64,000 bases of DNA from Candidatus Gastranaerophilales bacterium. GTDB taxonomy: Bacteria; Cyanobacteriota; Vampirovibrionia; Gastranaerophilales; Gastranaerophilaceae. Numbering within the stretch: position 1 is the first letter of the stretch; every line of letters starts with the position of its first letter. The notes beneath the pieces were generated by a model. That model was not told the origin of the DNA. It saw nothing but the letters and a program-made list of their open reading frames with translations, and made no database searches. Location of the stretch: contig CALUTJ010000003.1 in the NCBI GenBank assembly GCA_944323685.1, positions 67,342-131,341 on the forward strand, in the 5' to 3' direction. Shown one piece after another: positions 45,398 through 54,485 of the stretch. The position numbers and the translations under genes were made by a program.

Positions 45398-47185
45398 ATG
45401 GACAGTTCAAAGTTAAGAAATATAGCCATCATTGCCCACGTTGACCACGGCAAAACAACGCTTGTGGATTGTATGTTAAAACAGTGCGGTGTATTCAGAC
45501 AGAATGAAGTTGTGCAGGAACGTGTTTTAGACAGCAATGATTTGGAACGTGAAAGAGGTATTACAATCCTTGCCAAAAACGTTTCGGTTCACTATAAAGG
45601 TTACAAAATCAACATTGTCGACACCCCGGGTCACGCGGATTTTGGCGGCGAGGTAGAGCGTGTTTTAGGCATGGTAGACGGCGCACTCCTAATCGTTGAT
45701 GCGGCAGAAGGCCCTATGCCCCAGACAAGATTTGTTCTGCAAAAAGCTCTTGAACTCGGCATAAGAGTTATTGTGGTTATAAACAAAATTGATAAACCGG
45801 CAGCAGACCCTGATGAAACATTGAACAAAGTATTCGACCTGTTTACGGAATTGACTGATGATGAGTATTTAATAGATTTTCCTGTTATTTATTCAAGCAG
45901 CCTGCACGGTTTTGCAAAAAAAGAACTTACAGACGAATCAAAAGACATCATACCTCTGCTGGATTCTATTATTGAAAATATTAAACCTCCGCTTGCCGAC
46001 GCAACAAAAGATTTGCAATTCCACGTAACAACACTGGATTATAACGAGTATGTCGGCAGAATTGCGATAGGCAGAATCGTTAACGGTTCAATTAAATCAC
46101 AGGAGATAGTCAGCCACATCCACACAGACGGCTCAATCACAAGAGGTAAAGTCGTTAAGCTGTTTGGTTTTGAAGATTTGGGGCGTGTTGAAATTAAAGA
46201 AGCGCATGCCGGAGATATTGTCGGCATAGCCGGTTTCCCCGATGTACAGATAGGTGAAACAATCGCATCTCTTGAAAACCCTCAGGCTTTGCCGTTGATA
46301 AAAATCGATGAACCTACTTTGCAGATGAATTTTTCTGTTAACAACAGTCCTTTTGCCGGTCAGGAGGGTAAATTTGTTACTTCAAGACAGTTGAGAAAAA
46401 GACTTTATCAGGAACTAGAGAAAAACGTATCTTTAAGAGTCGAAGATACAGATTCTACTGACGTTTTCAAAGTTTCAGGCAGGGGCGAGCTTCATCTGAG
46501 TATTCTTATTGAAACAATGCGCCGTGAAGGCTTTGAATTTCAGGTTTCTAAACCGGAAGTTATCTACAAAACCATTAATGAAGAAACTTACGAACCTTAT
46601 GAAGACCTGCTGATAGACGTTCCGGAAGAATGCGCCGGCGGATGTATTGAAAAACTTGCAGGCAGAAAAGGCGAAATGCTGGAAATGCAGGCAGTCGGGA
46701 CACGTTCTAAAATGAGATTTTTAATCCCGTCCAGAGGGTTAATCGGCTTTAGAGGCGAGTTCATCAGAATGACACGCGGTGAAGGTATCATGAACCATAC
46801 ATTTGCGGAATATAAACCATATGCCGGTGATATCAACCGCCAGAGAATGGGTTCTCTTATTGCACATGAAGAAGGCGAGGCAGTACCTTATGCTCTTGCT
46901 CAGTTTGAAGACAGAGGCGTGTTCTTTGTTACTCCTAAAACAAGAGTATACAGGGGTATGATTGTTGGCGAATGCAACCGTTCTCAGGATATTCCCGTTA
47001 ATGTGTGCAAAACTAAAAAACTTACAAATATGAGAACAGCCACAGCTGATGTTATGGTTACTCTGCAAGCCCCGAGAATACTTTCTCTTGAAGAGTGTCT
47101 TGAATATATCTCAGATGACGAGCTTGTGGAAGTTACGCCTAAAAATATCAGAATGAGAAAGTATGATCTTGTTAAGTTAAGATAG
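45398..47185 (+). CDS. typA: translational GTPase TypA/BipA
   Basis: RNIAIIAHVDHGKTTLVD, DTPGHADFGGEVER, NKIDK. 595 aa. Confidence 0.95.
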   Translation: MDSSKLRNIAIIAHVDHGKTTLVDCMLKQCGVFRQNEVVQERVLDSNDLERERGITILAKNVSVHYKGYKINIVDTPGHADFGGEVERVLGMVDGALLIVDAAEGPMPQTRFVLQKALELGIRVIVVINKIDKPAADPDETLNKVFDLFTELTDDEYLIDFPVIYSSSLHGFAKKELTDESKDIIPLLDSIIENIKPPLADATKDLQFHVTTLDYNEYVGRIAIGRIVNGSIKSQEIVSHIHTDGSITRGKVVKLFGFEDLGRVEIKEAHAGDIVGIAGFPDVQIGETIASLENPQALPLIKIDEPTLQMNFSVNNSPFAGQEGKFVTSRQLRKRLYQELEKNVSLRVEDTDSTDVFKVSGRGELHLSILIETMRREGFEFQVSKPEVIYKTINEETYEPYEDLLIDVPEECAGGCIEKLAGRKGEMLEMQAVGTRSKMRFLIPSRGLIGFRGEFIRMTRGEGIMNHTFAEYKPYAGDINRQRMGSLIAHEEGEAVPYALAQFEDRGVFFVTPKTRVYRGMIVGECNRSQDIPVNVCKTKKLTNMRTATADVMVTLQAPRILSLEECLEYISDDELVEVTPKNIRMRKYDLVKLR

Positions 47186-47359
47186 ACGTATAGATTATTA
47201 TTTAAGTTATTTTTGCGTGAAATTTGCTTCTACAGCAACTGTTGCTGTTACAGATGAGAATGGGTAGTCTAACAACAATTACAGCTATGAGCTTTAAGGT
47301 TACTGTGGGACAGTGAGAGCGCAAGTGCATTTAATCTCTGAAACTTTTTAATTGTTCTT

Positions 47360-48163
47360 TTAATCATTTGCGTTTAAAGTCGAGAACAGGGCATTTGCTT
47401 TTTCCAAAATTTCAGCTCTATAACTCATTATCTCATGAGTTTCCAAACCTAATTGTTCTTTAACCATATCCTCATCATACACATCAGGTTCATCATGTGC
47501 AAGGGCGTTAGCCAGATAAACAAGGGTTGCAACTTCCGGCATTGAAGAGGACATAGGATCGTGGTGGTACTTTATGCAGTTTGCAAGCATAACGGAAAGT
47601 TTCCATTTCTTTGCAAGCTGAAATCCGATATCTGCATGATTTGTTTGGAATACGGAATTTTCTGCTTCTATTATGTCTGTTCCGTATTTAACCATTTCTC
47701 TTACTCTTTGATAAGCCGTAGCATTACAAATATTAAGCAAAATTTTACCTATATCATGTAAAAAACCTATAGTAAAAGCGTCACCGGTGTCGGCCAGATC
47801 AACTTTTGACGCCAGTATTTCACAAGCAACGGCGCAGCGCAGAGAGTGTTTCCACATTTCTTTACCGCCGTTAGAGGTAAGCATTGGTTTCATTGCCACT
47901 GTTATAATTATATTTTTTGTTTGTGACATACCTAAAAGCGCTAATGCTTTTGACACTGATGTAATCTCTTGCGCAAATCCGTAATATGCCGAATTAACCA
48001 GTTTTAGCACCTGAGATGTTAAGGCTTGATCATAAGCCATGATTTCCCCGAGTTCTTTAGTGCCGGATTGGTCATCTTTAATTATACCAAGAGCCTTAAC
48101 TATAACATTTGGCATTGCGGGGATATCTTTTATTCTGTCTATAAACTCTTGAGCATTAGTCAT
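47360..48163 (-). CDS. HDOD-domain signalling protein
   Basis: IPAMPNVIVKALGIIKD...LTSQVLKLVNSAYYGF...GFLHDIGKILL. Confidence 0.8.
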   Translation of the reverse strand: MTNAQEFIDRIKDIPAMPNVIVKALGIIKDDQSGTKELGEIMAYDQALTSQVLKLVNSAYYGFAQEITSVSKALALLGMSQTKNIIITVAMKPMLTSNGGKEMWKHSLRCAVACEILASKVDLADTGDAFTIGFLHDIGKILLNICNATAYQRVREMVKYGTDIIEAENSVFQTNHADIGFQLAKKWKLSVMLANCIKYHHDPMSSSMPEVATLVYLANALAHDEPDVYDEDMVKEQLGLETHEIMSYRAEILEKANALFSTLNAND

Positions 48164-48179
48164 TTTTTTTCCTAACTGT

Positions 48180-49094
48180 TTATACTTGTAAATGTTTTTT
48201 TATGGAGAGCATACTTCCACCTGCTCCAAAACCTACTGCAATAATGAACAGAACCAAAATTACAGTGTTGTTTGCAAGTACAGGTGAAGCAACAACAAAA
48301 AATTCATGAACTTTTAAAAGCCCGTTATTTACTGCATTAAGAGGGAATAAAGAAATTAATGCGCCTAAAAAACCGTATATAGCACCTTGCATAATTAAAG
48401 GAATCTTTATATACCAGTTACTTACACCCATTAGTCGCATGATTTCTATTTCTTCTTTGCGTGATTGAATAACCAACTGTATTGTATTATTTATTATGGT
48501 AATTGTCAAAATAGCAACTAACACAACAACTATCAGAGTTATGGAGTGCACAACATTGTTAAACATCTGCATTTTTTTTGCAATGTCTTGCGCGTAGTTT
48601 AAGTCTTCTACGGTGGAGTATGTTTTTATCTTGTTAAAAACAGTATTAATATTTTCCGGTTTGTCTACTTTAACGTGCAAAGTGTCAGGCAGAGGGTTTT
48701 CCATATCAGGAACGTCTATTTCCCTTTGCATGTCTGCCCAGGATTTTTCTTTCGGGATAATTTTTACCCTTTCAACGTGCTCTATGTTTCTTATCTCTTT
48801 AGCTACGGAATCCGTATTTGCCGAGTCTTTAAGATAAACCGATATTTCAAGTACATTGCCCAGCTCTTGTACAAAAGAGGTTATAGAAAGAGTAGTTCTA
48901 AAAAGAGAACCGAAAATGGTTAGGATAGCAGCCATTGTAGTAATAATGGCTATATTAATCCAGCCTGTTCTTTTTATACCGTATATTGTTTCAAGCCCGA
49001 TACGATAAACTATTCTTAATTCCTTAAGCCAGTCTTTTGGTATATGGGCTTTGACTTTCTTTTTTATAATCGCTTTTGTTGACTCGTCACTCAT
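48180..49094 (-). CDS. ftsX: cell-division ABC transporter permease FtsX
   Basis: 4-TM profile with a large first periplasmic loop. EIEIMRLMGVSNWYI motif. Adjacent to ftsE. Confidence 0.85.
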   Translation of the reverse strand: MSDESTKAIIKKKVKAHIPKDWLKELRIVYRIGLETIYGIKRTGWINIAIITTMAAILTIFGSLFRTTLSITSFVQELGNVLEISVYLKDSANTDSVAKEIRNIEHVERVKIIPKEKSWADMQREIDVPDMENPLPDTLHVKVDKPENINTVFNKIKTYSTVEDLNYAQDIAKKMQMFNNVVHSITLIVVVLVAILTITIINNTIQLVIQSRKEEIEIMRLMGVSNWYIKIPLIMQGAIYGFLGALISLFPLNAVNNGLLKVHEFFVVASPVLANNTVILVLFIIAVGFGAGGSMLSIKKHLQV

Positions 49095-49116
49095 TTATTT
49101 TACTTTCCGTTGATTT

Positions 49117-49791
49117 TTATTCGTAAGTGCCTGCCTGAACATCTCTTATAATCTGACCGTTTTCCAGAGTAAGAACTCTCTTTCTGAAATAATCAACCAT
49201 TGCATGGTCGTGTGTTGAAACCAGAACAGTAATCCCTTTCAGATTAATCTGTTCAAGAATTTGCATAATTTCCATGGAGTTTTTAGGGTCTAAATTGCCG
49301 GTAGGTTCATCGGCAATCAAAAGCGGCGGGCCGTTAACAATCGCTCTTGCAATGGAAACTCTCTGTTGTTCACCGCCTGAAAGTTCAGAGGCTTTGGCTT
49401 TCATTTTATTTACAAGCCCGACAACCTTTAGCGCTCCCGTAACTCTTGCTTCTATTTCTTTAGAGCTCATACCGAGTGTTCTTATTACATAAGCACAATT
49501 GTCATAAACGCTCTGGTTCATAAGCAGTTTGTAATCCTGAAAAACGATACCCATACATCTTCTCAGGTTGGGAACTTTTTCTGACGGAAGGTTTGCTATA
49601 TTAATTCCGCCAATCATTACACTGCCGGAAGTCGGTGTTTCTTCCTTGTACAAAAGCTTCATAAGGGTAGATTTGCCTGCACCTGAAGAACCTGTGATAA
49701 AAACGAATTCCCCTGACATTATGTCAAGGTTAACGTTTCTGAGTGCATAGTTATTTTTATACTTTTTTGTTACACCTCGTAACTGAATCAT
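49117..49791 (-). CDS. ftsE: cell-division ABC transporter ATPase FtsE
   Basis: GSSGAGKST Walker A, LSGGEQQR signature, LLIADEPTGNLD Walker B. ATG 49791 forms an ATGA overlap with the upstream stop, so it is preferred over TTG 49806. Confidence 0.9.
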   Translation of the reverse strand: MIQLRGVTKKYKNNYALRNVNLDIMSGEFVFITGSSGAGKSTLMKLLYKEETPTSGSVMIGGINIANLPSEKVPNLRRCMGIVFQDYKLLMNQSVYDNCAYVIRTLGMSSKEIEARVTGALKVVGLVNKMKAKASELSGGEQQRVSIARAIVNGPPLLIADEPTGNLDPKNSMEIMQILEQINLKGITVLVSTHDHAMVDYFRKRVLTLENGQIIRDVQAGTYE

Positions 49792-50549
49792 CTTATTTTT
49801 ACCCAACTTTCGTGTACGGTTTCCATTATAACCCGAATAAGAAACAAAGGCAAAGCGGGGAAAATACGCTTAAACCTTGCAGGTTCCTTGACTGTACGGT
49901 ATAACCATTCAAGCCCCAGTTTTTGATAAATTTCAGGTGCCCTTTTTACCTTACCCGACCATACGTCAAAGCTTCCGCCGACACCCACAAAAATTGTGTG
50001 AGGCATCTCTTGTTTGAGTTTGGAAATAAATATTTCCTGCTTGGGCGCACCGAGTGCAACAAACACAACTCTCGGCGCAATGGTTTTTATTTCTTCTTTA
50101 ATAATTTCTTCCTGTCCGGCATCGAAATATCCGTTGTGGATATATGTTATATTCAAACTTTCGAATTCTTTACGTAAGTTAGACGCAGCCAGCTGTACGA
50201 CTTCTTCTTTTGCTCCGACAAGCCCTATCGTGTATCCTTCAAGAGCGCAAAGGCTTATTAATTTTTTAGAAAACTCAATACCGGGGATATTTTCCTGATT
50301 TATTCCTTTAATTTTTAATGCAAGCTTTATACCTACCCCGTCAGGTATGGATAAATCCGCTTCGTTTAAAATACGCCCGAATTCATCGTTTTTATTCCCC
50401 ATAGAAATCATCTCGGGGTTTATTGTGACAACATGCAGACCTTTATTTTCTTTAAGGTGTTGATGAACAAAAATCATCGCCTCGTTAAAATCAAATAAAT
50501 CAACCTCAAACCCAAGTACAGGTTCTGTTACTCTTTGCATTAATTCCAT
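49788..50549 (-). CDS. WecG/TagA/CpsF-family (GT26) glycosyltransferase
   Basis: INPEM..., PDGVGIKLA, and GVGGSFDVWSGKVKRAP motifs. Confidence 0.85.
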   Translation of the reverse strand: MELMQRVTEPVLGFEVDLFDFNEAMIFVHQHLKENKGLHVVTINPEMISMGNKNDEFGRILNEADLSIPDGVGIKLALKIKGINQENIPGIEFSKKLISLCALEGYTIGLVGAKEEVVQLAASNLRKEFESLNITYIHNGYFDAGQEEIIKEEIKTIAPRVVFVALGAPKQEIFISKLKQEMPHTIFVGVGGSFDVWSGKVKRAPEIYQKLGLEWLYRTVKEPARFKRIFPALPLFLIRVIMETVHESWVKIR

Positions 50550-50626
50550 AATAGAATAATTATATAAAGCAAAAATGCATTAATCAATACTATGTTAAGC
50601 TGTATGTTATGAGTTCAATGCAACGG

Positions 50627-51316
50627 TTATTTGTCTTTATTTAGCATAAAATTCTCTTTAAAGACAACCTGTAGTTCTACACGTCTGCTTTTGGCATAAT
50701 CCTCTTTGCCGTTAACAATAATAGGGTTTGACGGCCCTTTGCCTTCTACGGAGATTATTTTAAACAAATCATCCCTGTACTCTTTTTTGCCTTCAAAATC
50801 GGAGAATATTATATATTGCGCAACACTTGAAGCTCTTTTTAAACTTAAGTCCATGTTTCTGTAATATTTTTCTTCTTCTGTTTTTGCGCCGGCAAATGTT
50901 TGAGAATCCGTATGCCCTTCAATGACGATTTGTGTTATATTTTTTCTCACTTTAGGGTCTTTTAGCACTGCATTTAAATATATCGGCACAAATTTGGACA
51001 TATATTGCTTGCCTTTTGGTGAAAGTTCCCAGCTGTTCAGTTCAAATAATTCCAAGTCGGAAATTTTAATTTTTCCGGAAAATTTATCCGCATCAACATT
51101 AATGTTATTTTTCTTTAACTCATCTGCAATTTTTTCCGTGACTTCGTAGCGTTTTTCCTGCTCTGAAACTTTGGATTGTGTATAACCCGTTATCGCAAAG
51201 ACAAAAAGTACTAAAAATACAACAACAAGGCCGAGCAAAAGGTCACTCATCGTAACCCAGAAAACATTATCGTCTCCGCCGCTTTGTGAATCTGTTTTGT
51301 ATTTAATGTATTTCAT
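50627..51316 (-). CDS. MotB-like protein: single TM with conserved Asp plus OmpA-like peptidoglycan-binding domain
   Basis: FWVTMSDLLLGLVVVF is a MotB-plug/TM-like segment with Asp. C-terminal GHTD...NMDLSLKRASSV...RRVEL is the OmpA-like motif. Confidence 0.75.
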   Translation of the reverse strand: MKYIKYKTDSQSGGDDNVFWVTMSDLLLGLVVVFLVLFVFAITGYTQSKVSEQEKRYEVTEKIADELKKNNINVDADKFSGKIKISDLELFELNSWELSPKGKQYMSKFVPIYLNAVLKDPKVRKNITQIVIEGHTDSQTFAGAKTEEEKYYRNMDLSLKRASSVAQYIIFSDFEGKKEYRDDLFKIISVEGKGPSNPIIVNGKEDYAKSRRVELQVVFKENFMLNKDK

Positions 51317-51321
51317 AATTT

Positions 51322-52212
51322 TTACTCATCGTCATTGTTGTTGCCGAATAAATCGTCTAATATACCTCTTGCACCCGTCTTTTTAATATTATCCTGCAAT
51401 TTGTTAACAGAAAATATTAGGTTATCCAGATATGGTATAAGTGTTTCTTTAAAACTTTTGTCAAAGGCTGCTTTCAACTGTAGCGGCATTGTTGTGAAGG
51501 TCTGGTTAAGCACACTGTTTTGCAGTTTTGATTCTCTGAGTAATTCTACAAGGAATTTTTCGGACGTTATTGTATCAAAAAGTTTGTTCATCTCAAGCTG
51601 GAATGCACTCAACGGGGTTTTGCACATATTTTTATATAAAATTCTTTCTATAACCATAAACAAAATGGACGTGCCGACAGCAACAACGGAAATCATTGCG
51701 GCAACTTTCATTGATGCAAGCAAAGAAGATACTGATGCAATTGTTGCTTCCTGTGTTGCAAAATTTACTTTAGAAAATGCAATAGCAATATGCATAAACG
51801 TAAATAAAGGCCCCAGACCGGTTAATATTGTCGGGACTGCTGAAATAAATTTGTAGTTAAGTTTGCTGTTAATGAGTGTTTCTTCATTAAAAAAGTAAGA
51901 GGAGTCTACCGTACACTGTATGGAAGAGTTTTCTACAGGCGAACCTTTAAGAGAAATACCCTCATTAAACACAAGCGTATTTTTAAATTCTACCCAGTAA
52001 TTAGATATAAACGGATTTTTCAAGAACATATCGTCCAATTCTTTAAAACGATAAACTATATTCCCTTTTCTGAAACTTTTTAATATATTAGTAAGTCCGT
52101 TTAAGGACATATTGATGTACTGTACTTTAGTAACAAAATACAGGACAACACCTATAAAAGATACGATTATGGCAAGTATAATCGGGTTTAGCAAAATTGA
52201 TAAATCAAACAT
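51322..52212 (-). CDS. MotA/TolQ/ExbB proton-channel family protein, non-canonical topology
   Basis: One N-terminal TM, a ~95-aa loop, then two TMs. These contain PTILTGLGPLFTF (like LGLLGTV) and AAMISVVAVGTSILF. The ~100-aa helical acidic tail ends NNNDDE. Confidence 0.6.
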   Translation of the reverse strand: MFDLSILLNPIILAIIVSFIGVVLYFVTKVQYINMSLNGLTNILKSFRKGNIVYRFKELDDMFLKNPFISNYWVEFKNTLVFNEGISLKGSPVENSSIQCTVDSSYFFNEETLINSKLNYKFISAVPTILTGLGPLFTFMHIAIAFSKVNFATQEATIASVSSLLASMKVAAMISVVAVGTSILFMVIERILYKNMCKTPLSAFQLEMNKLFDTITSEKFLVELLRESKLQNSVLNQTFTTMPLQLKAAFDKSFKETLIPYLDNLIFSVNKLQDNIKKTGARGILDDLFGNNNDDE

Positions 52213-52411
52213 TTCTTTTCCTTATAATTAGCTTGTTTATTATATTTATACCATTTTTCGCCAATTAAGTACAACAGAAATATATTTGGTAACAGTTTTG
52301 TTGTTTTGTAAATTTATGTAACAACTTTCTTTAAAATCCTAAAGAAAATTCAAAATAAACCGATAACTAAAATGTAACTGAGAACAAGTGAGTCTAAAAG
52401 GGAAATATTTT

Positions 52412-52567
52412 ATGTTAAAAAAATTGGAAAAACCAACAAGTAATGTAAGTGACGGAGTAGCATTTTTGCTCAGAGGTGCAAAGAAAAGACGCTCTATGGC
52501 AATAGCAAGTGCGAAAATGATAAATTCCGACATCGGTGTTTCTTCAAGACTTGTTGCTATAAAGTAA
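52412..52567 (+). CDS. possible small basic protein (51 aa), below the ORF-track cutoff
   Basis: Own translation: MLKKLEKPTSNVSDGVAFLLRGAKKRRSMAIASAKMINSDIGVSSRLVAIK. AAGGGA lies 9 nt upstream. A terminator lies 56 nt downstream. Confidence 0.25.
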   Translation: MLKKLEKPTSNVSDGVAFLLRGAKKRRSMAIASAKMINSDIGVSSRLVAIK

Positions 52568-52623
52568 GTTTTTTATAAAAAAGGCGATGTGAGGTTTTTA
52601 CGTAACAACAAACATTAATAAGC

Positions 52624-52659
52624 AAAAACTCCTTTAGCAGAGTATGCAAAGGAGTTTTT
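52624..52659. terminator. bidirectional rho-independent terminator
   Basis: AAAAACTCCTTT-12 nt loop-AAAGGAGTTTTT. U-tracts are available on both strands. Confidence 0.8.
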
Positions 52660-52668
52660 GTTGTTATA

Positions 52669-52790
52669 TCTAATCTAGTGTCGCAGTTGCTGCCTCGAGC
52701 CTTCGAGCCGTCACTGCTCACCTTTTCAATGTGCCACCCCAAAAATTCGTTCACATCGCTTTGCTCCTTATCCCGAATTTTTCTCGGACA
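52669..52790 (-). repeat. 122-nt interspersed GC-rich repeat, copy C
   Basis: The reverse complement differs from copy A at 5 of 122 positions. It lies between the ftsB-like stop (52803) and the terminator. Confidence 0.9.
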
Positions 52791-52802
52791 AACTTAAAAT
52801 AT

Positions 52803-53189
52803 TTATTTTTTTGCCGCATTCTTTTTCTTTTTTTGTGCAGACGATTGAGCAGGTTCCTGAGGTTTGTTTATTATGACGAGAACCTCATCTTCCCCTGCCA
52901 TTTTAAGGTTATTCCTCGCAATTGCTTCAAGGCTTTTCATTGAGCTGAAGTCTTCAAGCTCTTCTTTTAATCTCTGGTTTTCGACATAAGCCTGTTGATT
53001 AAGAGCTTTCATTTTTTTTATTTTTCCGTGATAGCTGATGCTTTTAGTTATATTGTTAAAAGCACTGAAACCTATTTGCACAAGACAAATTAAAAGGACA
53101 ATGGTCAAAAAAGAATAATAAAAACGTATTTTATTTTTTCTTGTGTTATTTTTTGCCTGTGTTTTTTCGATTAAGTCGGGTTTATTCAT
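52803..53189 (-). CDS. septum formation initiator family protein (FtsB/DivIC-like)
   Basis: Single TM followed by a coiled coil (NQRLKEELEDFSSMKSLEAIARNNLKMAGEDEVLVII). Last gene of the dcw block. Confidence 0.65.
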   Translation of the reverse strand: MNKPDLIEKTQAKNNTRKNKIRFYYSFLTIVLLICLVQIGFSAFNNITKSISYHGKIKKMKALNQQAYVENQRLKEELEDFSSMKSLEAIARNNLKMAGEDEVLVIINKPQEPAQSSAQKKKKNAAKK

Positions 53190-53345
53190 GCCTAACCCCT
53201 CGTTACTTGTCTTCCAGTCATAACATTATAGCTTTAAAATGTACTGCTGGCAAGTTTAGGGCTTTTTTTATGTTATTAACAAAACAAAATACGCTTACAC
53301 TCCTGTGTAAGCGTATTTTTGATTCCATAAAAATAATTTATTTTA

Positions 53346-54485
53346 TTACTCTTTATTTAAAACAGCTTTTATCTGTTCGACAATATTTTTTGTAGCGTCT
53401 GTTCTAACAAGAGCTTTGGCATTGTTTTGAAGCTCAATCATCTTTTGAGTGTTATTAATTAACTCTTCCAGTTTTTCAGTAAAGGATTCAACAGTGCAAT
53501 CCGTATCATCAAGGTATAAAGAAGCGCCTAATTCCTCCATTTCTTTTGCATTTTTTCTCTGATGGTCGGCAGCTGCATATGGATACGGAATCAAGATAGA
53601 GGCCAAGCCCGAAACGCAAATTTCCGAAATACTTAAAGAACCTGCTCTGGAAACAGCTATATCAGACGCAATCATCGGCAGATACATCTTTTTAAAGTAA
53701 GGTCTGATTATATATTGCGAATTTTCTGTATACTCGGGATAAATTTTCTTCAATTCTTTGACGGTTTCATCGTAATTTTTAAGCCCTGTCTGGTGAATAA
53801 TCTGGATATCATACTTTTTAAACAGATTTTTTATACTGTTTATAAGAACGGTATTTATCTTTTTAGCCCCCTGAGAACCGCCCATTACCATAATTGTAAG
53901 TTTATCTTTGAGATTCCAGGCTTGTCTGGCGTGGTATCTGTCGATTGTGGAAAATTCTTCTCTTACGGGGTTGCCGTTGTAGTGGATTTTGTCTGATTTT
54001 ATGTCGTCTTTTGCACTTTCAAAAGCAACAGAGATAGAGTTTGCATAAGGTGCAATCACTTTTGTTACTTTGCCTGCGATAGCATCACATTCGTGGATAA
54101 CAACAGGCGTGCGGGTTAATATACCTGCAAAAAGCATAGGTGCGCTGACATATCCGCCTGTCCCGAAGATTAAAGACGGTTTGTATTTAAAAATGTAGCC
54201 CATAGATTTTGCCGTAGCCAGCATGAGTTTAAAGCCCCATTTTATAAAGCCGAAACTCATTGTCTTTGGCATAGAGGTTATTGAAACAGGCAAAAACTCA
54301 AAAACTTTTTCGTCGGCTATTTTCTTTTCAAGATTATCCGGATTACCCACGTAGTAGACTTTTTCTGTGTCCTGTTCTTTTTGTAAAGCGTTTCCTACGG
54401 CTACTGCGGGATATATGTGTCCGCCTGTACCTCCGCCTGTTACAAAGTAAACTCTCTTCTTTTTGTTATCAATAGTTTCGCTCAT
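53346..54485 (-). CDS. murG: UDP-GlcNAc:lipid I N-acetylglucosaminyltransferase MurG
   Basis: VTGGGTGGHIYPAVAV, GGSQGA, and RAGSLSISE motifs. Confidence 0.9.
   Translation of the reverse strand: MSETIDNKKKRVYFVTGGGTGGHIYPAVAVGNALQKEQDTEKVYYVGNPDNLEKKIADEKVFEFLPVSITSMPKTMSFGFIKWGFKLMLATAKSMGYIFKYKPSLIFGTGGYVSAPMLFAGILTRTPVVIHECDAIAGKVTKVIAPYANSISVAFESAKDDIKSDKIHYNGNPVREEFSTIDRYHARQAWNLKDKLTIMVMGGSQGAKKINTVLINSIKNLFKKYDIQIIHQTGLKNYDETVKELKKIYPEYTENSQYIIRPYFKKMYLPMIASDIAVSRAGSLSISEICVSGLASILIPYPYAAADHQRKNAKEMEELGASLYLDDTDCTVESFTEKLEELINNTQKMIELQNNAKALVRTDATKNIVEQIKAVLNKE

Noticed and set aside
50627-52212. Zorya (ZorAB) anti-phage system.
   Set aside because: The MotA-like protein is only 296 aa, with no long ZorA tail. 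No ZorC/D/E-like genes are adjacent, and the neighbours are housekeeping genes.
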